64,000 bases of DNA from Minisyncoccia bacterium (lineage in GTDB: Bacteria > Patescibacteriota > Minisyncoccia > Phycocordibacterales > UBA9973), in the NCBI GenBank assembly GCA_049317285.1, contig JBMOIO010000002.1:15312-79311 (forward strand). The letters run 5' to 3'. Shown here in pieces: positions 47,819 to 57,730 of the stretch. Below the pieces are notes generated by a model. It did no database searches. It saw only the letters and a program-made list of their open reading frames with translations, and had not been told where the DNA came from. Numbering within the stretch: position 1 is the first letter of the stretch; the number at the start of each line of letters is the position of its first letter. Made by a program: the position numbers and the translations under genes.

Positions 47819-49351
47819 ATGAGTCCGACAGAAACAATTCCCCCGTTTGTTTCATATGTAACACAAACCCTCCAAAAAGCGGGTTTTGAGGCGTACCTGG
47901 TCGGTGGATGCGTCCGCGACCGACTTATGGGTAAAACCCCTAAAGACTGGGATATCACCACCAACGCTCGCCCCGAACAGGTCCAAGAAGTGTTTATTTC
48001 CTATAAAACAGTGTATGAAAACGACTTTGGCACGGTGACAGTGTTAAACATGGCCGTAAATGCAGAAGATCGTGTTACATATGAAACACCTGTGTCCAGC
48101 GAAGCCTTGGCGAAGTTGGAGGACTTAGATAACCAGGTACAAGTCACCACTTACCGATCTGAAGGAAACTATGGCGATAATCGCCATCCTGACAGTGTTA
48201 CCTATGAAACAGAGCTCTTAAAAGACCTCGAACGCCGAGACTTTACTATGAACGCTATTGCTTGGGACCCTATAAAGGACACAATAATTGACCCTTATAA
48301 AGGACAAAACGATATAAAAGACAAAATTGTCAGATGTGTCCTTAATGCCACTACTCGCTTTGAAGAAGACGCGCTTCGCATGATGCGAGCAGTACGGTTT
48401 TCCACAGTCCTCGACTTTGCTATTGCGAGCGACACAATGACCGCTCTCACTGCCCAATCAGAGCGCATCGAGGCTGTTTCCGAGGAGCGTATCCGAGACG
48501 AATTCATTAAAATTATCCTTTCCGAACGCCCAGCTCTTGGCGTGGACTTGCTTGAAAAAACAAGACTTTTAAAGCATTTTCTCCCTGAAATGATTGAAGG
48601 AATTGGGTGTGAGCAAAAAGGTGCCCATATCTATGATGTCTACAATCACCTTCTCCACGCCCTACAGCACGCTGCCGATAAGGGTTTTCCACTAGAAATT
48701 CGCCTTGCAGCCTTGTTTCACGATATCGGCAAGCCTGCCACTCGCCGTTTCGACCCAAAAAAGGATAAATATACGTTTTTTGGCCATGAAGTGGTGGGTG
48801 CGCGCATGACAAAGAAGATCCTGGAGCGCTTTAACTTTTCACGTGTAACAATCAACCTGGTCGTTTCACTCATTCGAAACCATATGTTCTTCTCGGATAC
48901 CGAGCAAATCACCCTCTCTGCGGTACGCCGGATTATCCAAAAAGTGACTCCTGAGCATATTTGGGACCTGATGAGGACCCGTGAATGCGACCGTGTGGGG
49001 ATGAAAAAGGCGGAAGCTCCATACCGTCTGCGCAAATACCATGCCATGATTGATGAAGTGCTCCACGACCCTATTTCAGTAGCTCAGCTTGCCATTAACG
49101 GCGAATACCTGATATCTGTGTTACACATGAAACCAGGTCCTCGTATGGGCTGGATATTGCACGCCTTACTGGAAGAAGTCCTCGAAAACCCAGAACTCAA
49201 TACTGTGGACCTCCTCACCGAACGAGTTCTCGACCTGGGCGAACAAGACGACACTACCCTCAAAGCCCTCGGCGAGAAAGGGAAAGAAAAAAAGGATGAA
49301 CTCGAGCAGGAAGAAATTAAGATACTTCGCACAAAACACCGAGTGAAATAG
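47819..49351 (+). CDS. cca: CCA-adding tRNA nucleotidyltransferase with HD domain
   Basis: start reset to MSPTE; head-domain GGCVRDRLMGKTPKDWDITT, RRDFTMNAIA; HD motif LFHDIGKP; ~30-aa insertion in the head domain. Confidence 0.85.
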   Translation: MSPTETIPPFVSYVTQTLQKAGFEAYLVGGCVRDRLMGKTPKDWDITTNARPEQVQEVFISYKTVYENDFGTVTVLNMAVNAEDRVTYETPVSSEALAKLEDLDNQVQVTTYRSEGNYGDNRHPDSVTYETELLKDLERRDFTMNAIAWDPIKDTIIDPYKGQNDIKDKIVRCVLNATTRFEEDALRMMRAVRFSTVLDFAIASDTMTALTAQSERIEAVSEERIRDEFIKIILSERPALGVDLLEKTRLLKHFLPEMIEGIGCEQKGAHIYDVYNHLLHALQHAADKGFPLEIRLAALFHDIGKPATRRFDPKKDKYTFFGHEVVGARMTKKILERFNFSRVTINLVVSLIRNHMFFSDTEQITLSAVRRIIQKVTPEHIWDLMRTRECDRVGMKKAEAPYRLRKYHAMIDEVLHDPISVAQLAINGEYLISVLHMKPGPRMGWILHALLEEVLENPELNTVDLLTERVLDLGEQDDTTLKALGEKGKEKKDELEQEEIKILRTKHRVK

Positions 49352-49508
49352 CGTTACATACCTGTCCAGCGGAGCGATAGCGAAGTCGGGTGAAACACAA
49401 CGTCAAAAAATACCCTAGAATAAGGCTATTTTTTGATTGGAAATGATCAGTGTTTCATGTGTACCAATTCCCCTTGCAGTACTTTACACTTTACTGTAAA
49501 GTGTAACT

Positions 49509-49829
49509 ATGGAAAAGGCGGCGTACTATGAGATAGCAACATACTTGAAATATGCTGACAGAGCTGTTTCACCGCATGAGCTCTCCGTCATTCTCGGCAA
49601 AAGCCGGGTTACCATCCAAGCATCCCTCAAGCGACTCCTGAAAAATGGTTGGGTGGTAAAAGAAGGTTCGTCACCCCATACCTTCTATAGAGGAGTAGAA
49701 ATACACCCTATGCCGAAAACCGGACAAGAAGGGGAAATAACAATCGAAGATATTCGGGGGGTATGTAAAATAGGTCTGATCGAGGACTTTGTACTGAGGA
49801 CTAATAAAATACGGCAAAACCCTTTGTAG
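49509..49829 (+). CDS. winged-helix DNA-binding protein (putative transcriptional regulator)
   Basis: 106 aa; HELSVILGKSRVTIQASLKRLLKNGWV wHTH. Confidence 0.5.
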   Translation: MEKAAYYEIATYLKYADRAVSPHELSVILGKSRVTIQASLKRLLKNGWVVKEGSSPHTFYRGVEIHPMPKTGQEGEITIEDIRGVCKIGLIEDFVLRTNKIRQNPL

Positions 49830-50056
49830 TTTGCAAAACAAGGGGTTTTTGTGTACGCTTGAGAAAATACATGTAAACCCATCTCTATGTTTAAGGATTC
49901 TAAAAGTTCTGCAAAATTTGCGGCGGCAAATCTTGTGGCGCCAAGCGCTACAAAAAAACAAAAAGAAAAACTGGTAAAACGTCGGTTTGGGAAGAGAAAT
50001 TGTGGGTAAAGAATTACAAACAGGCAAAAAGTCGTGGAACATTCCACGGCTTTTTA

Positions 50057-50824
50057 TTATAGTTCTATACCAAGCAGAAGAGGGCAGTGGTCGCTTCCGT
50101 AGTACTCCTTGAGCGTTTGCACCTCCTTCACACTACTTTTCAATACCGAAGAGACAAAGAAGTAGTCAATGCGCCAGCCGACATTGCGCTCGCGTGATGC
50201 GGTCTTTTGGTCCCAGTAGGTATAGACATCTTTCATTTCTGGATAAAGGAGGCGGAAGGTATCAATCCAGCCGTGATCTGTCAGCTTGTCCATCCACGCG
50301 CGCTCAATAGGGAGGAAGCCTGTATTCATAACGTTTTGTGCCGGGCGAGCAAGGTCGATTTCATTGTGCGCCGTATTTATATCCCCACAAAAAATCACCG
50401 GCTTCTTTTTCTGCAAACCTTCACTATACAAAAGGAATTGATCATAAAAACGGAGCTTGTAGTCCAACCGCTCCGGACCCCCTCCGCCGTTGGGGAAGTA
50501 GCAGGTTATCAAATAGAATGTTTCGTACTCAGCGGTGATACACCGCCCCTCGTCGTCGAGCCCTAGAAGCCCAATACCATAGACGACATTCAGAGGTGTT
50601 TGCTTGGTATAAATGGCGACACCACTGTAGCCCTTTTTTACGGTAGGCCAGGCAAAGTATGCATCATAGCCGAAGACATGCAGTACTTCGTCAGGGAGCT
50701 GTTCCGGAGTGGCCTTTGTCTCCTGTAGGCACACAATGTCTGGATCAAGGTCGGCAAATAGGGGGTCAAAAAAACCTTGTTTGTAAGTGGCACGAATGCC
50801 GTTGGTATTCCACGAGATGATTTT
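50057..50824 (-). CDS. xth: exodeoxyribonuclease III (AP endonuclease)
   Basis: start reset to MKIISWNTNG; LQETK, WRIDY, GSDHCP. Confidence 0.9.
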   Translation of the reverse strand, partial: KIISWNTNGIRATYKQGFFDPLFADLDPDIVCLQETKATPEQLPDEVLHVFGYDAYFAWPTVKKGYSGVAIYTKQTPLNVVYGIGLLGLDDEGRCITAEYETFYLITCYFPNGGGGPERLDYKLRFYDQFLLYSEGLQKKKPVIFCGDINTAHNEIDLARPAQNVMNTGFLPIERAWMDKLTDHGWIDTFRLLYPEMKDVYTYWDQKTASRERNVGWRIDYFFVSSVLKSSVKEVQTLKEYYGSDHCPLLLGIEL

Positions 50825-51363
50825 CATAAAGAGAGTATAGCATCCGCCTACGCTATGCTCTGGCGAGACAAGAAAAAAAGCCACTTTGGGAAAAAGCAGC
50901 TTTTTGAATATCGTAAAATGTGCGAAAAGAAAGTATCTATGAATATATAATTCGAATGAATGAGGGCAGGAGGTGACTCCTGGAAGAGGGTACTATTGAT
51001 ATGTCAAAGACCGTATGAGTACATAATACTCCTGATACGAAATGCTCGCAAGGGGATAACTCTCAAAAAGAAGTGAGGGCTTGACATATTCTCTCAAAAG
51101 AGGAGAATGCACTAAAACAACCTTCGGGTAAAAATTGAAAAAATGAAAAAGAATAAACGAAAAATCCTTCGTATCCTTGTAGGGGGTATGCGAAAATTCG
51201 GGGGAATGGTATCGTTTCGAGTGGTTCAACCCACTATTCCAATTAAAAAAAGTAGAGGAAACGATAAAAAAGAGAAAGCTCTCAGTATAGAGAGTATTGT
51301 GATAGGCGCCAAAGCGGGGATGCTTACCAATACACAATAGAGACGAGGAGGGTTGTGAGAAGG

Positions 51364-51397
51364 AAGGCCATGAGCAAATGCTCATGGCCTTATTTTA
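51364..51397 (+). terminator. rho-independent terminator-like hairpin in noncoding gap
   Basis: aggccatgagc-aaat-gctcatggcct + TATTTTATTTATT. Confidence 0.6.
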
Positions 51398-51498
51398 TTT
51401 ATTGCTATTTTACCGTTTGTTTACCTTTTGCTATGAACCCCATAGCAAAATCCGATACCAAATGCAGAAGGGATTTTGCAACGGGGCAAGACTTTTTG

Positions 51499-52404
51499 TT
51501 ATCTCTTGGTGTGAAATTTCTTATGTACTTCTCTTAATTGCTGATCTGTCACATGGGTATAGACCTGTGTTGTCGAAATATTGGCGTGCCCGAGCATCAT
51601 CTGTACGCTTCGAATATCCGCACCGTTTGAAAGCAAGTCGGTAGCAAAGGAGTGGCGCAATACATGGGGCGTTACTTTTTTTGAAATACCAGCCTTGGTG
51701 GCGCACTCGCGGACAATACGCTCGATAGAGCGCGGAGTGAGGCGTGCCGCCGGGGAATTTCTGGCAATATTGATAAACATCGCGTCCTCCATGTCTTTGC
51801 GCGCTTTCAAGTACGCTCGTATTGCATCCTTTGCTTCATTCGAAAGAAAGACCACGCGAATTTTTTCACCTTTTCCGCGGATAGAAAACTCGTCTTTTGC
51901 GAGATCTAGGTCGCGGTTGAGCGAACAGAGTTCTGCTAGACGAAGTCCAGTCGAGAAAAAAAGTTCGAGTAGTGCGCGATCTCGAAGCCCTTTGGTGGTG
52001 GCAAGGTCGGGAGATTTGATGAGACGGTTCAGCTCATCAACTGAAATGAGGTCGAGGTGCCGGGCACCTACTTTGGCGAGCTCAATTGCGTCAGGAGTCA
52101 GTGCATCGATACCGCGCTTTCTGCAGTATTTGAGAAATGAGCGAAGCGCAATAAGGTGGTAGTTTTGGGTATTTTTCTTCATCGTACCGGGAGTTTGGCC
52201 TTTTATTTTTGCTCCCGCTGCACGGTTCAGCGTCAGACGAAATTCCCGCAAGCGGTCTTCGGTGATATCGCTCACATTTTTCGCCTTCATTTCCTTAAAT
52301 GCGCGCTCTAAATACTGCTCATAGTTGCGTACTGTGAGCAAACTACGGCCTTTTTCTATTTCGATATATTCGAGAAACTGCCGTTTGGCGGTGTGTATAT
52401 CCAT
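51499..52404 (-). CDS. tyrosine recombinase XerC/XerD family
   Basis: start reset to MDIHTAKRQFLEYIEIEKGRS; C-terminal catalytic RHSFAT...GH..I..TQ.YTH. Confidence 0.85.
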   Translation of the reverse strand: MDIHTAKRQFLEYIEIEKGRSLLTVRNYEQYLERAFKEMKAKNVSDITEDRLREFRLTLNRAAGAKIKGQTPGTMKKNTQNYHLIALRSFLKYCRKRGIDALTPDAIELAKVGARHLDLISVDELNRLIKSPDLATTKGLRDRALLELFFSTGLRLAELCSLNRDLDLAKDEFSIRGKGEKIRVVFLSNEAKDAIRAYLKARKDMEDAMFINIARNSPAARLTPRSIERIVRECATKAGISKKVTPHVLRHSFATDLLSNGADIRSVQMMLGHANISTTQVYTHVTDQQLREVHKKFHTKR

Positions 52405-52554
52405 TACCTGTACAGTATAGCTCAGAACTTGAAATGACCCCTTCCTCTGTGATACCATTGGGACAGGGAGAAAAACTATTACCGCAAGTGGTCGCTCCGA
52501 GGTATTCTCGGAGGCCACTTGCTTTTTTAAAAACCCTGTGCTATAGTAAAAGCC

Positions 52555-52815
52555 ATGTTAACGTCAAAGAAAAAACAAGCAGTAATCAAAAAACACCAAG
52601 TGCACGCAACCGACACTGGGAGCAAGATTGTGCAGGTGGGCATGCTTTCAAAGCGTATTGATGTTCTCGCTGACCATTTGAAGAAGCACAAGGGTGACAA
52701 CCACTCTCGTCGCGGACTCATCAAGATGGTTGCAGACCGTCGCGGACACCTCAAGGTGCTCGAAAAGAGTAACCCAGGCCAACACCAAGAGGCTCTCAAG
52801 ATCGTAAAAGGCTAA
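52555..52815 (+). CDS. rpsO: 30S ribosomal protein S15
   Basis: HKGDNHSRRGLIKMVADRRGHLKVL. Confidence 0.85.
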   Translation: MLTSKKKQAVIKKHQVHATDTGSKIVQVGMLSKRIDVLADHLKKHKGDNHSRRGLIKMVADRRGHLKVLEKSNPGQHQEALKIVKG

Positions 52816-52878
52816 CCCCTACCATCGTCCCTACAAAATACCGCGTACTACGCGGTATTTTGTTATATACTTACCACT

Positions 52879-53385
52879 ATGGCAATCATAAAACAAAAAG
52901 ATCAGCGCGTTGGGGTATTTATTGATACACAAAACCTCTACCACACCGCGAAACACATTTATAAACGAAAAGTAAACTTTGCCAATGTTGTGAAGGATGT
53001 TGTGGCCGGTCGCACGCTAGTGCGAAGCATTGCCTACGTGATCACCACTGAAAACGAAGACGAAAAAGCATTTTTAAACGCACTGACAAAAGCGGGGATA
53101 GAAACAAAATCAAAAGACCTCCAAATTTTCTATGATGGCAGCAAGAAAGCGGACTGGGATACAGGACTTGCGATCGATGTTGTTTCCATGGCGGCAAAGC
53201 TCGATGTCGTGATTATTCTCTCCGGTGACGGAGACTTTGCACCCTTGTGCGAATACTTGCGCTTCCACGGCGTACAGGTTGAAGCGGCAACGTTTGGGCA
53301 GTCTGCTTCAGCTATGCTCAAAGAAGTAGTTGACGACTTCTACGACCTCTCCAGCAATTCAAAAAAATACTTGCTCGGCTATTAA
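52879..53385 (+). CDS. NYN-domain (LabA/DUF88) putative ribonuclease
   Basis: RVGVFIDTQNLY...ILSGDGDF acidic-residue pattern. Confidence 0.7.
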   Translation: MAIIKQKDQRVGVFIDTQNLYHTAKHIYKRKVNFANVVKDVVAGRTLVRSIAYVITTENEDEKAFLNALTKAGIETKSKDLQIFYDGSKKADWDTGLAIDVVSMAAKLDVVIILSGDGDFAPLCEYLRFHGVQVEAATFGQSASAMLKEVVDDFYDLSSNSKKYLLGY

Positions 53386-53396
53386 CACGCAATTGA

Positions 53397-54398
53397 ATGG
53401 AAGAAGAACATAAACAATCGACCCCAAACACCGCCCCAGTGGATCCTGTTATACCAACAGGTGTTTCTCCTGTGCCTCTCGCTGAACAACCAGTAGTAGC
53501 TCCAGCAGTAACTACAGCTATCGAACCTGGCGTACCAGAAGTGCCACCAGAACCTCTTGTTCCAATCCCTGAACACCAAGTGCTTGTACATACCTACGAA
53601 GACGACCTTGCGCGATCAATGAATGTTTCAGATGCAAAGGTGGTGCAAGAACTTCTCACTTCAGCGCGAGAACGCGAAGGTGTATTGAAAGAAGAAGTGC
53701 AAAAGCGAAAGGCGAGGGGGTGGTATACCACTGGTGCGATTATTCTTATCCTTGCCGCCCTTGCATCAGCAGGGTACGGCGTGTATCACTACCTGCGCCT
53801 CACTGTACCAGTACAACAGAGCGTATCGATTGGAGTATTCCCAAGCACAGCTCCAGTAGATGCAAGCACGACAACAATTGAAGCAGTTATTGCGGCGTTT
53901 GAGGCAGATACAACTCTCATTGATGACAAGCCGTATCTTGTAGACCTTGTTAGTGACGAAAAAGCACAGGTACTCTTGAACAATGCTCAATTATTTTCTT
54001 TTATCGGAGCCGCTCCGACTGAGCCGTTTGCAACTTCTCTTGGTGTTATCCGCCTAGGCGTGATGAATACAGCAAACGGTACGGTGCCGTTTCTTATTGC
54101 GTCGCTTCCAAACCCGGAGATTGCGAACAAAGAGTTTCTTATTGCCGAAACAAAACTCCTTTTTATGTTTTCCAAAGCATTAAATATTAGCACTGCGACA
54201 ATAGCACCGGAAACAAGCCAGGAATTTGTCGGCGAATACCGCTACAACCTCCCGGTCCGAGTACTCTATACGGCTAATACCGTAGGTGTTCGAGGTCTTA
54301 CAATGCTCTACGGCTCTGCGACCGACAACATTGTTGTTATTACCACAACCCCTGAAATCCTCAAGGCCATTTACGACACTATCATCCGCCAGCAATAA
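53397..54398 (+). CDS. membrane-anchored hypothetical protein with Pro-rich N-terminus
   Basis: single TM (WYTTGAIILILAALASAGYGVYHYL); 333 aa. Confidence 0.4.
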   Translation: MEEEHKQSTPNTAPVDPVIPTGVSPVPLAEQPVVAPAVTTAIEPGVPEVPPEPLVPIPEHQVLVHTYEDDLARSMNVSDAKVVQELLTSAREREGVLKEEVQKRKARGWYTTGAIILILAALASAGYGVYHYLRLTVPVQQSVSIGVFPSTAPVDASTTTIEAVIAAFEADTTLIDDKPYLVDLVSDEKAQVLLNNAQLFSFIGAAPTEPFATSLGVIRLGVMNTANGTVPFLIASLPNPEIANKEFLIAETKLLFMFSKALNISTATIAPETSQEFVGEYRYNLPVRVLYTANTVGVRGLTMLYGSATDNIVVITTTPEILKAIYDTIIRQQ

Positions 54399-54447
54399 GG
54401 GGATACTGCTCCTTGTACTTTCGCACCATCGTGCTAGTATACGAAGT

Positions 54448-54804
54448 ATGAAAAATACCGACCATTACAAAACAGTCCTTTTGGCCGAAAAGCAGACCCT
54501 CGAAGAGGAGCTTGGCGGTATTGCGCTTTTTAATACTGAAACCAACATTTGGGAAGCGACTCCTGACCAAGAGCTCATGGGGGAGATCGATGACAATGAT
54601 GCAGCTGACCGATTCGAAGACTTTGAAGGCCGAAGCGGTATGGTAACAACACTTCAGACCCGCCTCACTGACGTGAACAATGCGCTCGAAAAAATCGAGA
54701 ACGGAACATTCGGCACCTGCGAAGTCTCTGGCGAAAAGATCGAAGAAGACCGCCTCAATGCAAACCCAGCTGCGCGCACCAGCAAGGCGCACATGAACAA
54801 CTAA
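54448..54804 (+). CDS. DksA/TraR-family C4 zinc-finger protein
   Basis: start reset to MKNTDHYK (ORF track start 54286 overlaps the previous gene); GTFGTCEVSGEKIEEDRLNANPAA. Confidence 0.7.
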   Translation: MKNTDHYKTVLLAEKQTLEEELGGIALFNTETNIWEATPDQELMGEIDDNDAADRFEDFEGRSGMVTTLQTRLTDVNNALEKIENGTFGTCEVSGEKIEEDRLNANPAARTSKAHMNN

Positions 54805-54956
54805 TAAATCTGTCACTGAAAATCCCCAGATACTATCTGGGGATTTTCAGTACCCAATACTCAAAATAAGCGATAGCATATTTTTGAGTATTGTTTTTTT
54901 GATTACTAGTACACTTTCTTCATTTTTATTTCATACGCGCTCTCTATACTGTAGTA

Positions 54957-56462
54957 ATGGCATTTGCTTCCATTCAAAGCGCGCAGATCACCGGGCTTGG
55001 CGCACAAGGAGTCATTGTTGAAGTCGACATTAGCAGAGGGTTGTACCTCTTTCAAATTGTGGGCCTGCCCGACAAGGCGGTAGAAGAGAGCCGCGAGCGA
55101 GTGATCAGTGCGCTACGAAACAATCTTGAAAAAAACCCCAAGAGCGAAAACCACAAAGTTATCGTTTCCTTGTCACCAGCAGAACTCAAAAAAGAAGGGG
55201 CGTACTTCGACCTTGCGATTGCTGTTGGCTACCTTGTTGCAACCGAACATATAACAGCTGACACTGCGGACAAGCTCTTTATGGGAGAGCTTTCACTCAG
55301 TGGTGAGGTCCGGCCAGTACGAGGACTTCTTTCGATTGCACTATGGGCGAAAAACAGTGGCATTACAGAATTATTTATACCACAAGCAAATGAAAGCGAA
55401 GCGGCATTGATTGAAGGACTTACCTTTTATCTCGTACCGACCATCAAGGCGCTTGTATTTCATCTCGCGGGCGAGCAGCAACTTTCAACCGTAGTGTTTG
55501 ATACAACACGAGCTACCACCAATACAGTGCGAACAGATTTTGGCGATGTGCGCGGACAGCCGGGTGCAAAGCGCGCACTGACGATTGCAGCAGCGGGAGG
55601 GCACAATATCGTCTTGTATGGCCCACCAGGAACCGGCAAGACAATGCTCGCAAAAGCATTTCACGGCATTATGCCAGACCTTACCAACGAACACTTTTTA
55701 GAAGTTGCCATGATCTATTCTTCTGTCGGACTAGTTGGCGACGCACTCCACGGGAGACCTCCTCTGCGTGCACCGCACCATAGCGCAAGCCATGTTGCGA
55801 TTATCGGCGGTGGTTCAACAATCCGCCCAGGAGATATCACGATGGCTCACCGAGGACTCTTGTATCTTGATGAATTCCCGGAATTTGATAGGCGGGTGAT
55901 TGAAGCACTGCGCGAACCATTGGAAGAGGGAAGTATCACTGTTGCTCGAGCCAAAGGCTCGGTACGGTATCCCGCAAAATTTATCCTGCTTGCCGCCATG
56001 AATCCGTGCCCGTGCGGATACCGCGGAAGCGGCGTCAAACCGTGTTCGTGCAGTGGTGTTGAGATAGCGCGCTATAAAAAGAAATTGTCAGGGCCGATTA
56101 TCGACCGCATAGATCTCTGGGTCCCCGTTCATCATGTCGAATACGAAACATTGCACGAGAGTAATACGCTTTCCGAGAGTGAAACTATTAAAAAGACTAT
56201 TGAAGCACTTCGCGCCAAACAATATACCCGTCTTAATAAACTCAACTGCGACCTTTCGACTACTGAGGTGCAATCGAAAAGCAATTTGTCAGCCGAAGCA
56301 AAAACGATTCTTCAGCGTTCTGCTGAAACGCTCAAGCTCTCACCACGCGTGTATTTGCGCACCATCAAAGTAGCACGCACGATAGCGGATATGGAGAGGA
56401 GCAACACTATCGAACCGCCCCACATCCTCGAAGCCCTGCAATACCGCCCGAAGTTTGAGTAA
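54957..56462 (+). CDS. YifB/ComM family Mg-chelatase-like AAA+ ATPase
   Basis: N-terminal Lon-like domain; Walker A YGPPGTGKTMLA; Cys-rich segment CPCGYRGSGVKPCSC. Confidence 0.85.
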   Translation: MAFASIQSAQITGLGAQGVIVEVDISRGLYLFQIVGLPDKAVEESRERVISALRNNLEKNPKSENHKVIVSLSPAELKKEGAYFDLAIAVGYLVATEHITADTADKLFMGELSLSGEVRPVRGLLSIALWAKNSGITELFIPQANESEAALIEGLTFYLVPTIKALVFHLAGEQQLSTVVFDTTRATTNTVRTDFGDVRGQPGAKRALTIAAAGGHNIVLYGPPGTGKTMLAKAFHGIMPDLTNEHFLEVAMIYSSVGLVGDALHGRPPLRAPHHSASHVAIIGGGSTIRPGDITMAHRGLLYLDEFPEFDRRVIEALREPLEEGSITVARAKGSVRYPAKFILLAAMNPCPCGYRGSGVKPCSCSGVEIARYKKKLSGPIIDRIDLWVPVHHVEYETLHESNTLSESETIKKTIEALRAKQYTRLNKLNCDLSTTEVQSKSNLSAEAKTILQRSAETLKLSPRVYLRTIKVARTIADMERSNTIEPPHILEALQYRPKFE

Positions 56463-56504
56463 CAAGAACTAAAAAACCCGAGCATGTGCTCGGATTTTTA
56501 TGTA

Positions 56505-57554
56505 CTAGAAATGAGTGCCGACTTTGTATTTTGTAAACGGGTTTGTTGCCCCGCGAACTTCAAAGTGTAAGTGCGGTCCGGTACTGCGACCAGTGTTTCC
56601 GCTTTTACCAATAACCTCGCCTGTATTCACTTCATCACCAACAGAGACACTTACTTTTGAGAGGTGGGCATAGAGCGTTTGAGTGCCGTTTGAGTGCTTG
56701 ATAACAATATAATTACCGTATCCACCATTGTACGCCCCGTTCCCCCTTGCAATAATCACTTCACCCTTCATTGAAGCTACTACAGTTGTTCCGATTGGAG
56801 CACCAAAGTCAACCGAGTTCGCACCGTGAAATCCTTGGGTGAGGACACTGCCCGGAATAGGAAGCTTGTATGCTGAGGAGGAAGTTGTTGTCGTCTTCTT
56901 GTCGTCATTCTTTCCGGCAGTATTTTTTGCGACTGCCTTTACTGCAGCCTTTGCCTCGGTTTTAGTAGGAGCTGTTGCAATTGGCTCGCCGTTCGGAATG
57001 ATGATATCCATACCGACCTTCAAATCACTTGCTTCTTCAATGCCGTTATAGTCGAGAATTTCACGAGTATCCGCGTCGTACTTCTTTGCAATACCACTCG
57101 CTGTGTCGCCCTTTTTCACTTTGTACTGCACGCCGGTGACAGGCAGAATAGTGAGCTTGTCACCTACCTTAATAGTGCCTTTAGTGCCGAGATTGTTTGC
57201 CCAGCGAATAGTGTTAACCGAAACGCGGAACTCTTCTGCAATACCGCCAATAGTGTCTCCACTTTTTACCGTATAGACAATAATAGGGTGGCTGTCGTCG
57301 GGAAGCTTTTCATCAAGAGGGGCGAGCGGGGTCGCGTCTTCATTGATTCCGCCAATATTCTCTAAAGAAACACTCTCGTCTTTTACTTGTGTAAATACGG
57401 AAGCACTGACAGAGCTGATAATCTGACTGGAGAGGCTGTGTGCCATCCCTGCATTTACTGCAAGGAGGAGTATGAGTGATAGGGTGCGCTTGCGCGATCT
57501 ACCGATGGGGTCGTCTAACAACATATGGTTATGAGAGAAATGATAGCAGGCCAA
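56505..57554 (-). CDS. LysM-domain M23 family peptidase
   Basis: two LysM repeats (YTVKSGDTIGGIA; YKVKKGDTASGIA); M23 motifs HxxxD-like GANSVDF and SGNTGRSTGPHLHFE; alternative start MLLDDP at 57524. Confidence 0.85.
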   Translation of the reverse strand: MACYHFSHNHMLLDDPIGRSRKRTLSLILLLAVNAGMAHSLSSQIISSVSASVFTQVKDESVSLENIGGINEDATPLAPLDEKLPDDSHPIIVYTVKSGDTIGGIAEEFRVSVNTIRWANNLGTKGTIKVGDKLTILPVTGVQYKVKKGDTASGIAKKYDADTREILDYNGIEEASDLKVGMDIIIPNGEPIATAPTKTEAKAAVKAVAKNTAGKNDDKKTTTTSSSAYKLPIPGSVLTQGFHGANSVDFGAPIGTTVVASMKGEVIIARGNGAYNGGYGNYIVIKHSNGTQTLYAHLSKVSVSVGDEVNTGEVIGKSGNTGRSTGPHLHFEVRGATNPFTKYKVGTHF

Positions 57555-57730
57555 AAGAGCGGTTTTTGATTAGATAATTTAATTCTCTTTGTGTCAACTA
57601 TTTTATCCAAAAAAACCCTTGTTTTAAGGCATAATTGACAATTTCTCTGAATCAAAGCACTGTAAAACAACGCAAAAACCATTGAAAATACTAGGTATTC
57701 TCTCCACCTAAAGAGAGATTTTTACCCGCA

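Noticed and set aside
50993-51385. 130-aa minus-strand ORF in the xth-xer gap
   Set aside because: AT-rich, no start context or domain, and crosses a terminator hairpin. More likely noncoding.
51499-52404. Tyrosine recombinase as a prophage/ICE integrase marking a mobile element
   Set aside because: The sequence begins with the XerC/D-type N-terminus and is flanked by housekeeping genes (xth, rpsO) with no phage-like neighbours. Treated as a chromosomal Xer recombinase, though this cannot be proven from sequence alone.
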